A DNA stretch of 63,889 bases, counting the filler, from Welwitschia mirabilis (lineage: Eukaryota): assembly GCA_051453625.1 (NCBI GenBank). It is 6 parts of one record of this genome, joined end to end, with 100 filler letters (N's around TTAATTAATTAA, not from the genome) between each part and the next. Parts side by side here need not be neighbours in the genome. Positions count along the whole stretch, not along the records: positions 53,050 to 56,653 come from JBOZIK010000001.1; positions 56,754 to 60,990 come from JBOZIK010000001.1; positions 61,091 to 62,592 come from JBOZIK010000001.1; positions 62,693 to 63,889 come from JBOZIK010000001.1; 2 more parts are not named here. One strand, given 5' to 3'. Below, one piece after another: positions 53,340-63,889 of this stretch. The notes below the pieces were generated by a model. The model saw nothing but the letters and a program-made list of their open reading frames with translations, was not told the origin of the DNA and made no database searches. Position numbers and translations under genes: made by a program. Each line of letters begins with the position of its first letter. Position 1 is the stretch's first letter.

Positions 53340-56300
53340 CTCAGGTTTCCATTATAAAGTCTTACTTATTCACTTTCATGTTACTTAATTTTATAGTGAT
53401 TACAAGATTCAAGAAATCACTAGAGTTTAGAAAGTACAAATTTCTTTGGACATAGGAAGGTAATACTTAAACCATATGAAAGATACAAGAAAAGCATAAG
53501 AATCATATGAGGTACGTAAGAATGAAAATCCATATCATTTAGGATATAAGCAACACATAGGATCATAAAAGAAATCTAAGACCATATACAAGTTCAATGT
53601 AAAATGTTTTCAAAATTTTCTTATTGAAAAACAATTTAAGTTTTCATACTTCATACGTTAGAGAGCCTATACAATAGTGGTAAGTTTACTATGATGACAT
53701 AGTTTTCAAATAAATAATAACTATATTAACATGTACTAAAAATGGGCAACTTGTTTGACCAACCTCCTAGTTATGAAACATGACATAAATGTTATTATTT
53801 TAAACATACATTTATGATGTTATGTTATCTGTGATTACTATCATTACTACCCTTCTATCTTCCTAAGGTGATACTTAAAATTACTCTACTAAATAGTAAT
53901 CCATCATTATAGTAATCATGATTATATTTTAAATCTAATATTTCATATACTTTTAATTCTTTCTTCTTTTAGTATTACTAGGTAGGCATTAACTACATGT
54001 ATGATCCTTAGACTATGTTTTACATCACTTCTTATATATCTAATTTCTTCTCTTATGTTATAATAATTAACTAGGTCATTTGTGTACTTCTTAAGATAGG
54101 TTTTAGAAGTTTATTTGTGGTATCATAAACAAGATGGCATTGACTTTATAGCAAAGATCGTTTTAGCCATTACATCTATAGAATATGATATCAATAGTTA
54201 GGTCATGCTAATGATCAGTTTTCCTTAAGGCATTTCATAAATATGTAGAATGGGTTTTACATGCCTATGAGGAATTAAGACTATGCTATTAAAACAAACT
54301 AGATATAATAGGAAGAAGGACTAGCCATATTCTATAATACTCCTATTTAAATTTAGTCTTATGGTCAAGTACTAACTATAGGAAAAATAACTTAGATTTA
54401 TAATTTAAAGTATTTACTACTAGCTAGCATCTCAAAGGTACCCAAGGCCTCTTCTAACCTTTTACTTAAATTTCCTAAAACATACATAACTCGTTAATAA
54501 ACAAGTCATTCTCTATCTTTTTTCTTTTTTTCCTTCCTTTTTCCTTTTTTTTTTTTTGATAAGAGCATACATAAATAGCAATCTTTCTTAGCCTTTTCTT
54601 ATCATTTGAATATACACACCACTTATATTCCTATTCTTCTCACCCACTTGTATCCCTTTATGTTAACGTTATCTTTAAATGATGTGACTACTTGAAGATA
54701 ACTAATAGTTACTAATACTTTATTTGTCTTAGTACATAGACATGAGGTGATGTACCTATTTAAATGCATATGACTTATTGTGTACCAGAAAGTATGATGC
54801 ACTAATGTACTTTGTGTAACATTGCTAAGGACAGAAAAAGATGAGTTAGCAAGATTGCAACATCATAAATGTAACCTTGCTAGAAAGGCACGATATCTAA
54901 TGGTTTAAGCTTAGCTACACCAATATTGAATTACAATATTTCTATCACTATAGTACTTAACCATAGATTGAAAACTACAAGTTAGTAGATGGCATTGATG
55001 ATATAAAACCCAAGATACATAGTCAACTTCACTATTGATTCATTATACCAATTCCTCAAAAAGGTAGCTTAAGGGATTCGATCTAGGGATCTGCTATTGT
55101 TAAACCTTCTTAATAGCCAATTATGCAATTGTGACTTAGTTACTATTTTTAACTTATAGTTTAGTTAATGCTTGATTGGTCTTTATATTACCATGACTCA
55201 ATAATTATGCTGTGATTTTGGGGCTTCGTTTTGAGCATGAACACCAAAAAGTGTAGGAATGAGTAGTTTAAAATGAGAAGCAAAAGGTGGGGGAAAGACA
55301 AGCACTAGGGTTCATTATCTTCACAAATAGCGTTAGTCACTCTTAACTTCTAATAGAATAATAAAGACTATCAATTAAGATGATATAGCTCTACCCGTAT
55401 TATGTAGTATCTATTAGCTTAGCTAAGTCATTTTAAATTGTTAGTGTAGAATCTACATCTAGGTCTTAAGTTTCATTACATATTTACTAATATATTTAGT
55501 AGGAAATGTATAGGTTAAATTTATATTAAACATGGGTTAGAAGCATATGGTTAAAATGGTATTTTGGCCTCATGTCAATTTCTGGTGATACTTATTATTA
55601 AATGTATGTCTTATTGCATTACTATGTAAACTAAAGTATGATGTGTTTGTTTATCTAATGTTTAAAAGGTATTACTTTTAATTATATGTGGGTTATATTC
55701 GAATTAGTTGAACACATCATGTAATATAAATTAATATATTATGGGTAGATAAATATTTGACATGGACTATGTATTAAAAATAGTTAAATATCTTGAGTTG
55801 GCTGAAATGGATCCACAACAAAACATCATGATGCAGATTTAAAACCTGGACCTCCCAAGTACTTTCCTAACTCCCTTAGGGTAACCACTCAAGCTATGAA
55901 TGATAACAGCAAAGCTTTTTAATTGTAGCACTCCTGATGTCCATTCATCGCTCTGAAAGATGGAAGCCCTAACAGAACATAAAAGGGTGCGTGGAAGGAA
56001 AATAAGAAACCATAAGGGGATATCATGTTTACTTGAATTTAAACTTCAAATGGATCGCTTCATAGAGAATGCATATAATGGGAGGTAAGAAAAATACAGA
56101 ATCAGAATAAAGGAACATGCAATTCTTTCAGACTTGGGAAGAACTATTACTGGTGGAAGGAAGACATTGCAGGAACAGAAGTGGAACTGTGGTGTAATAT
56201 GCAATCTAGCAAGATAATATAATGGATCTGTGAGCAGGCGACAGAGAGCATGGAAGACATGGAATAGGGGAGGGCACACAGGCTTACGCTAAGACATCAA

Positions 56301-56653
56301 AGAAAGGCTGTCACAGGAAAGAGAGGGCAGCACAAAGCAACACCATCAATGCACAGGAAAAGGAAGGTAAGCATTTACAGCTATTAAGAAGCACCATAGA
56401 AAGGCGCTTTGGAAAGTAGAGAAGGCCACAGGTAGATGGGAGGAGAGGGAGAGAAGACACATATAAGGGCAGAATACTACTAAAGTGAAATGGCATAAAA
56501 AAATTTGAAAAACAATTATTACGTGCGGCTTCAGATCAAGCTTAGATATATGAAAATTTTTAAACAAGGATGTTGATGTTGGTTTTTCTTTGTAATCTTG
56601 TTTTTGATTTGAATTGAAGTTCCAAGTAGCGTTCCATGAGACAGCCGACACTT

Positions 56654-56753
56654 NNNNNNNNNNNNNNNNNNNNNNNNNNNNNNNNNNNNNNNNNNNNTTA
56701 ATTAATTAANNNNNNNNNNNNNNNNNNNNNNNNNNNNNNNNNNNNNNNNNNNN
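56654..56753. other. Artificial scaffold linker N44-TTAATTAATTAA-N44
   Basis: Same 100-bp block. Confidence 0.95.
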
Positions 56754-57320
56754 GTCGCAATAATCATTGTACTACTTCACATCTGATTTAAGGAGATTTA
56801 TCATTGGCACAAGAGCTTCATTCAAAATCAGATCTAAGAGCTTCATCATTATGATCTATTGGAGAATAGCTCCATTCATTATACTACTATAGAATGTGTG
56901 ATATCTAGGTAATTAAGACATCATCACATCACTACTTCCTTATAATAGGTTGAGACTTAGCCTCTAAAAGTCCATTGTAAAGGTTAAGATTTAGCCTGTA
57001 AAAATCCATTTGCAAGGATTACAGGTAAACCTAAAAAACTTATGGAGTAACAAAGATCTGAGATCGAGCTTGGAAGAAGCCTATTAGTGAGAGTGAAGTA
57101 GGGGAATTCCTGAATCACTATAAATCTAGTGTCCATAAAAATTGGTAGTTTGTGCTTTTTATTTTTGATTCTTTACTTTTAGTTTTTTATATTATATGCA
57201 CATTCTTGAATTAGTTATTTTCATATGTAATTTGTGCTTAGATAGATTTATTCTTAGTTTTTTATCATTATTTTTTTAAAGAACCTATTAACCCCCCCTC
57301 AAGAGTTCTTGATCCTATCA
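56754..57320 (+). repeat. 3' half of a Sirevirus LTR, third copy
   Basis: Colinear with ~7005-7572: GGTTGAGACTTAGCC repeats, C-rich AACCCCCCCTC, end GATCCTATCA. Confidence 0.88.
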
Positions 57321-57329
57321 CTTCTATCT

Positions 57330-58552
57330 TCAAGATTTAGCACTTAATATGACATTGTTTCTTCTTTAATACATTGTCATATCAAAGGTAATAAAACATC
57401 CATGAAAACTTTTAATAGGTGTGGAAGGAAAATTGGCTTTAATAGGAATAACCTTTAGATTTGACTAGATGGCATCTTCTATACACTTGTTGTAAGTGCT
57501 TCTTGTTTCTTCTTTTTAAGGTAATTTCTAACATAATAAGATCTCTAACACAAAAAAAATCTCGTGTTCTTAAAATTATTAGTTTTATTTAAAGAACTAA
57601 TCATTTCTTGGTAATCCCATAAATCTATCTCTTCCTTGAGTTGGATATGTCTACTTTCTTTCTTAAAGTTTATATGTTGCTCTAGTATTGATTGTAGCTT
57701 TATTTACTCTACCTCTTCCTCTAATCATATGTATATTTTGAGTGATTAGTTTCTCTCATGGTTGCATCCTTTATAATCTTGAGATATTCTTATTTTTTCT
57801 CTAATATTTTTAGTCATAACATTAATTCTTCATTACTTTTAAACTTCTCTATGGCTTCTACCATTGTCTTCAATTGAAATGATTTGACTTAATCTCAAAT
57901 TACTGAATGTAGACCAGTCATAAATCTTCTAACTTTTACTTCTTCATACCTACTTATAAGATTATAGAATTTGTTGGCTTTTGCATTTATGAAAAAAATT
58001 CTATGATAAATTTTCCTCTATATATTCTTTTAAATCTTTGTATTCATAAGTGTTAAAAATACTAATTGAAGTCTCCGCATTTTATCATATTTCTACATTT
58101 TATCATATAGTCACTCTTCTAGCAAGTTGACAAGTAGTGAATTAAAATAATTCTTATTTATTTACCCACATGTCAATCATGCTTCCATGTGTGTCATGCT
58201 GTTGATAGCTTAGAAAGTTGAAGGATTTACCTTCTTAACTCACACCATCATAGAGTTGCTATAAGTTCACTCACTAGGTTGATAATCAAATTTATTAAAG
58301 TTATAGCTTTAGTTAGTTAGTTAAATGCCCTTCTTGGGGTCATGTTAAACAAATAGGAATCAAATCTACACATATTACAAGTCTAAATCTCAATGTTAAA
58401 ACTTCCAACTTTAATAGAGTTAAGCCGAGTGGAATTACAATCTATATTCTAATAATAGTTATGCGTAGTAAAATTGTTAAGCTATGCTCTAAAGTTGATA
58501 TGCCTTCACAAGAAATATGCTCAGCAAAATTGCAACCTAGGCTTTGATACCA
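57330..58552 (-). mobile_element. Tekay/Del-like gag relic with tRNA-Met PBS
   Basis: Minus strand: TGGTATCAAAGC (58552-58541) after the LTR-end-like GGGGTTTTACA; gag-like EEVKVRRFMTGL (~57945-57910). Confidence 0.6.
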
Positions 58553-58750
58553 AAAAATGTAAAACCCCAAATTTCTATAGTTGAAAATATTTAAAATTGA
58601 TACTCTATTATCAAAATTTAAGACCCAAAATTTATATAGTTGAAAATTTTCAAATTTGATGCTCTAATACCAAAATAAAATACTCGAAATTTTTAATGTT
58701 AAAAACTTTAAAACTCACTCTAACACTCTAATATCAAAATGTAAAATCCA
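58541..58750 (-). repeat. Tandem array of four ~60-bp units, each containing a PBS-like motif and LTR end
   Basis: GCTTTGATACCA (58541), ACTCTATTATCA (58602), GCTCTAATACCA (58661), ACTCTAATATCA (58725), each followed by AAATGTAARACCC-like sequence. Confidence 0.72.
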
Positions 58751-60990
58751 CAAATGTCTAAGTTAGAAAAGAGGCTAAATTAATAATTAGGACTATCTGT
58801 TCAAATAATACACCCATATATTAGAATTGAGTAAAATGATGTTTCTAATATTTAAACACAAGACCTATACTATTCTAACTCTATATGATAACCATTCTAT
58901 CTATTACTTCATATCTATGTATACATTGCTTTTATTAATCTATAGACTAAATGTTACTACAATTCTTTAGTTGTGTAAATCAAGTTTTTTGGATGGTGAC
59001 TTTTGCAGTTAGTGATGTTTCTACATTATTCATTGTGTAATTTATTAGAGGGAAAAATGGAAGGGCTACAAGATAGTACATGATGAAGAAAGGAATAATA
59101 TGTCAGCATTAGAGAAATTAGAAGAATCCGAAAGTAATCACTAATAATAGACAAGAAAAGCAAAGTATCAATGGTAATAAAAAGGATCCTAGATGATGCA
59201 CTACATTTCAAAAATTTTAACATGATTCTAAAGAACATAACACAATATAAGAAAAGAAATTTACAGAATTTAAATGCTACGTCTTCAATACACTCTTGTT
59301 GAGTTAGGAAATTTTCTTTAGTTCTTTGAGAGCATCATCAAGCTAGTGCTTCATAGGAGTGATTTGATAACTAAGATGAATGAAATAAGAGCTAGAAATT
59401 AACTATTCACTCAATGTTCTACTAAATAGCATGTAAAGAGAAAATGCTAAAATTTATTTGAGAAGAATGAAGGATGAAATAAAGATGATTCTACTCTAAC
59501 TTATGAGTAAAAGGAATCCATTGCATTTTAGATGTTTAATATGAATTTCATATAAGAGAGAATGCATGCAATATTTTTTTCTTATTGCTAAATGAATCTA
59601 ATAATGCATTTTTAAATGGGTGCTTATGCATTTTATTTTTTTGATTTACATTTTAACTAATGTCTTTAATAGAAAAAAATATTGAATTAAATGAAGTAAT
59701 AGCAACGAAACAAAGAATGGGAATTAGGGAAAGGTAATAGAAAAAGGGGCATTTCAATGACTGTAATCTAACTAATCAATGTTTAATTCAAATTATATAA
59801 ACACCCTTCCAAAGTGATACTTCTAACCATTTCTGATGGTTGCAGACTTGAAATGTTACCTGGGTTTTTTAGGAAATTTACCTACATTTTACCTATGTTT
59901 GCCTATGTTTTGAAGCATTATACCTTTGGTTTTTATGAGGCAAGAACATTTTGAATATTGAGAAGATGCAGAGCATTGCTAAAGCCAAACATACTCAAAA
60001 ATGTGTTGCAATCCAAATCATAATAAAATGTTTAATACTTATTTACAAATCTGAGAATGAGGAAATGCTTAAGTCAATTAATTTTCTAGCATTTCTTCCT
60101 CAAGAAACATTTAAGACACTAAATTCTCAAATGCAAGAATAGTTCAACATCTAAAAAAAAAAATTTCATCCTCAACATCATCCAACATGATTTCTAATTA
60201 AGTCATGCACCAAATCATGGTTCTTACCCTATGAGCATTGCTGCACTTTCCTAATAGAGATCTCTTTCACACAGATCCTAGTTGTTGCTAATAATGAATT
60301 CTCATAAAAGATCCTAATAGATAAGTTAAATGTGAAAGAAAATGGTTCACCTTCAATAATTACTCCTTATCTTAATGGTAGATAACAGTTAGCAAAAAGA
60401 AAGAGGTTGGCAGTTCAAAGCCATGCATTATACCTGTTTTAATCTTTAATGATTTTTAATTACTAATTTTAAAAGAATAACACTCTAGTAATTAATCTTT
60501 ACAATGTATTAATGGTTTCCCTCAAGAACTTTATAAATGGACCCTTTTCATAACACCCCTTTTATAACATCCCTATTTAAGAAATATCTAATGTCATAAT
60601 GTTAATTTCCAATGCCCTTCAAACTATTATGATAGCATTTAAATATTTATTAATGCTATTTAACATAATTATTTAAATTATTATTTTAAATAATTACTAA
60701 TGCTCTCATCCAAACTATTTATTATAATACTAAAATGATTTTTGAGAGGAGAAGGAAGACACATAACTCTTTCTTGAAGTTCTATTTTAATAAAGGGACA
60801 TTAAATTCTACATTCTAGGCATAATTCAAATATTCCAAATTCACACTTAGACTATAGATTTCAAGAAATAATCGCATTAATTTTTGCCTAAAATGAATGG
60901 AAATACCACTCACCATATTTATTTATAACATTTATTAAATAATTTTTAATGCTCTTTAATAGATTTATTTAATATGAAAATAATTAAATG

Positions 60991-61090
60991 NNNNNNNNNN
61001 NNNNNNNNNNNNNNNNNNNNNNNNNNNNNNNNNNTTAATTAATTAANNNNNNNNNNNNNNNNNNNNNNNNNNNNNNNNNNNNNNNNNNNN
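60991..61090. other. Artificial scaffold linker N44-TTAATTAATTAA-N44
   Basis: Same 100-bp block. Confidence 0.95.
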
Positions 61091-61129
61091 CTTAAAGAAC
61101 TTCAGGTTGCATTAATTCACACCACAATA

Positions 61130-62395
61130 GTTGTAATCCAACGAAGGCACTAGGCTTAGAGTTAGAGAAATGATCTTCACTACTGTATTCTACTTTTCTT
61201 TTATCTTTATAAAAAGACTAAATAATATAATGTGAGTAATGAAATGCTATTAAATGAAAATTCAAATGTAAAGGAAATGACAATGGAAATATAATGGAAG
61301 TGTATCTTATATAGACTTTAGCCTTCCTATCACAAAAATACTTCTATATAATTTATATCAAAGAGAAAGAGTGTTTAATAGTTTCTAATCAATATAAATT
61401 ATGAAATTTACCCAAATACAACTTAAATGCAATATGAAGAAAGAAGAAATAATGCAAATCTATTCTTAAATAAGATCAACTTTGACAAAGGTTGTTCTTA
61501 ATATCTAAGTAAATCTAAGAGTGCTACAACTATGATCAACTTGAATAATAAGGGAGATGCACAATAATGAGAATAAATTAAATTGTATTACTAAACCATA
61601 ACATTCACTTACAAGACTAGAATAATAATTCCTCAATGAGAGGGACACAGCTTAACATCAAGAAGACTCCTTTTTACAGTATGGACCTCTCACCTTCAAG
61701 CTTCTGTCATAAGTATGTAGAATAAAATATGGAAAAAGGAAATGAAGGGAGAGAATGGCATTTATAGATTTCTGAGTAAGAAAATGGATGACCAAACCCT
61801 CAAGGCATGAAAAGAAACCCTAACAACTCGCATGGCCTGTTGGCACTCATTACAAGGTAAAAACAGTTGTCATTCTATATATCATCCACATGACATAGGG
61901 GACAACGCCACCTTAGCGACTTGGGTTGTGTGCCCTATGCCTTGTATTTTATGCCTTATGCTACCATTAGTTTTATGGTCATCATCTTCTATGTCATCTG
62001 GATGAATAGGTGGACAATGCCTTCTCAATGTATGTACTAGGTGCTGTAGTTGGTGTTGTAAGCTTCTGTCCATGTTAGCAGTCTGATCATCCTACATGTT
62101 ATGGAAACGATACTAGGGATGAAGTGTTATTTTCCTTTTTTTTCAAGGTGAATCAATCTTTTCATCATTTCATCCTTCTTCTAATCCTGCAATATCAAAA
62201 TAAGCTCAAGAAACTGCCAAAAATTCTAGATATCACATGTTTAACTGATCATCCTATCAATCCTTCATAATCATCAATATTGCATTAAAACATATATAAA
62301 TGCTCTACAAAAATACTCAAAATATACCATCAAATTCCCACAAATTGGCATCGCAACATAGCTGCCTACTTAACCTTGTCAGTCCTTGACAAAGT
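61130..62395 (-). repeat. Family B 3' LTR (start at 62358) with upstream PPT region (62359-62395)
   Basis: Minus strand TTTGTCAAGGACTGACAAGGTTAAGTAGGCAGCTA then TGTTGCGATGCCAATTTG; 61130-61180 reverse complement matches 53190-53235. Confidence 0.82.
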
Positions 62396-62592
62396 AAGTG
62401 ACCACTAAGATTACAAGCCAATTTGAAAATAATGCATACCAATTGTAAATTCAGTCTAAAAAAATGATATCATTAATTAGGCAAATATAAATTCCGAAAA
62501 AATTTTTAAATCTTCCCTACTTAAACATGTTACTATAGAATGAATGCAACATAAATAAAATTCATAAAGTGACTGTATGACTCATAAAAGTG

Positions 62593-62692
62593 NNNNNNNN
62601 NNNNNNNNNNNNNNNNNNNNNNNNNNNNNNNNNNNNTTAATTAATTAANNNNNNNNNNNNNNNNNNNNNNNNNNNNNNNNNNNNNNNNNNNN
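62593..62692. other. Artificial scaffold linker N44-TTAATTAATTAA-N44
   Basis: Same 100-bp block. Confidence 0.95.
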
Positions 62693-63889
62693 AAAGTTTA
62701 ACTTGGAATATCTTGCAATGTTACATTGGGGAAAGCCTTATCTGCTTGATGATCATTTATGTTTAGAGATAAATCTTAAAGAGCTTCTTAATCTCATGAA
62801 ACATTCTCAAAAGCCCTTTAAGATGTCTTGGTTCCATTATTTGAGTAGTACTTTAAATGAATTATCTAATGATACTCATTCTTTATATTGTATTCATAAG
62901 ATATTACTTATCAACAAAATGTATCACTTCTTTATCTCTTATTTAGACTCTAAAATTTGTTCTTTTAAAGTTTTATCATTTTACTTTTTCTATCGCCAAT
63001 TGATTTTACTCTGAAATGATTGTATACCCTTTATATTTTATCAATTGGTTTCTATTTGGTTTGGCCCTTATTTTTCTGAAAAATATTATACCTGAGTGCA
63101 TGTTTTAGATGACTAGTTAAACTTATCAATGATTAGGTTTTTATCTTAAAGGAAAAAGTACATTTTAAATGGCTATGTTAAAACTTCCAACTTGAATACA
63201 TAGGAATTTAGAAATTAATGGATAAAAGGTTATGAATCATTGACATATCTCTTGATTAACCTTGAACATGATAGAAGAACTTGTATTAGAATTTTTCCCC
63301 TGCCATTATCTAAATTCTTCGTTAGTCGATTTCTTTGGCAAGCATCATGCTATCACTTGAATATCTTTAACTTGACTAATGTTTTACTTTCTGAAATTAG
63401 CATGATTAGTAAATATTTACTTGGGAATTTTCAATGATAAGTTGACTTCATTCAATCTTTAGACATTTATGTGTCTATGAACTTCATCTTGAAGGAAGAT
63501 ATCTTAATTATTTTATTTTCTTTCAATGGTATAAGTAATCAGTTATTTTAGTATGTTTTTCCTTGTTATTTATCTCCTCACTTTACTTTTATCCTTATGA
63601 GTATTTGGTCATATGGAATTTATGTATCAAAAGAAAAAGAAAAGAAAATAAAAGGAAAGAAAAAATATATATATAATAAAGGCTATGCTCCTTCATGTTC
63701 TATCTTATAACATGGCCCTCATGATGTCCTACTGCAAGTGCACTAGGGCAAATATTCCTAATAGGGGCCTTTGACAGTGTGATATGATAGCTATGGGAAT
63801 TCCACTAGGGGGTCATTTGGCCATGCTGTGTAGGTTCTTACTCCTCTGATAGTGATTGCACTTTGCTCATCATGGTAAGAATAAAATTG
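62693..63889 (+). mobile_element. Family B-related integrase C-terminus and 3' UTR
   Basis: QLILL, LVSIWFGPY (cf. KL.S.W.GP), EING; 63680-63880 is homologous to 18790-18995. Confidence 0.75.

Noticed and set aside
52135..53344. Intact solo LTR with TSD
   Set aside because: Flanks GACAT and CTCAG do not match, and a scaffold linker splits the element.
614..63437. Many 60-120 aa F/L/I-rich ORFs as host genes
   Set aside because: Expected by chance in AT-rich DNA, often antisense to TE pol, with no recognisable domains or exon structure.

Overview
AT-rich eukaryotic sequence, almost certainly plant heterochromatin, made up of decayed and nested transposable elements. I found no intact host gene, rRNA, tRNA or CRISPR array. 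Contents: (1) a Sirevirus-type Ty1/copia pol with 3' region and LTR, a second diverged copy of its 3' end, and a third LTR fragment; (2) a near-complete but pseudogenised Athila-like Ty3/gypsy element (11.2-19.3 kb, 'family B') with related LTRs and 3'-UTR pieces on both strands; (3) a second Athila-type gag-protease relic; (4) a CACTA Tnp2 relic; (5) a second copia RT-RNaseH relic; (6) an apparently non-coding two-LTR element ('family A', LARD-like) plus a second partial copy; (7) Tekay/Del-like chromovirus relics. Non-coding oddities include a composite ~90-100 bp tandem array, a 56-bp palindrome array, a tandem array of primer-binding-site units and a GC-richer island of unknown origin. All coding remnants show C>T/G>A decay. 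Five identical 100-bp N44-TTAATTAATTAA-N44 blocks are artificial scaffold linkers, so contiguity across them cannot be assumed. Domain calls come from motifs recognised by eye, and boundaries of degenerate relics are approximate. I do not see evidence for a novel intact biological system; the best candidates are unusual TE architectures.
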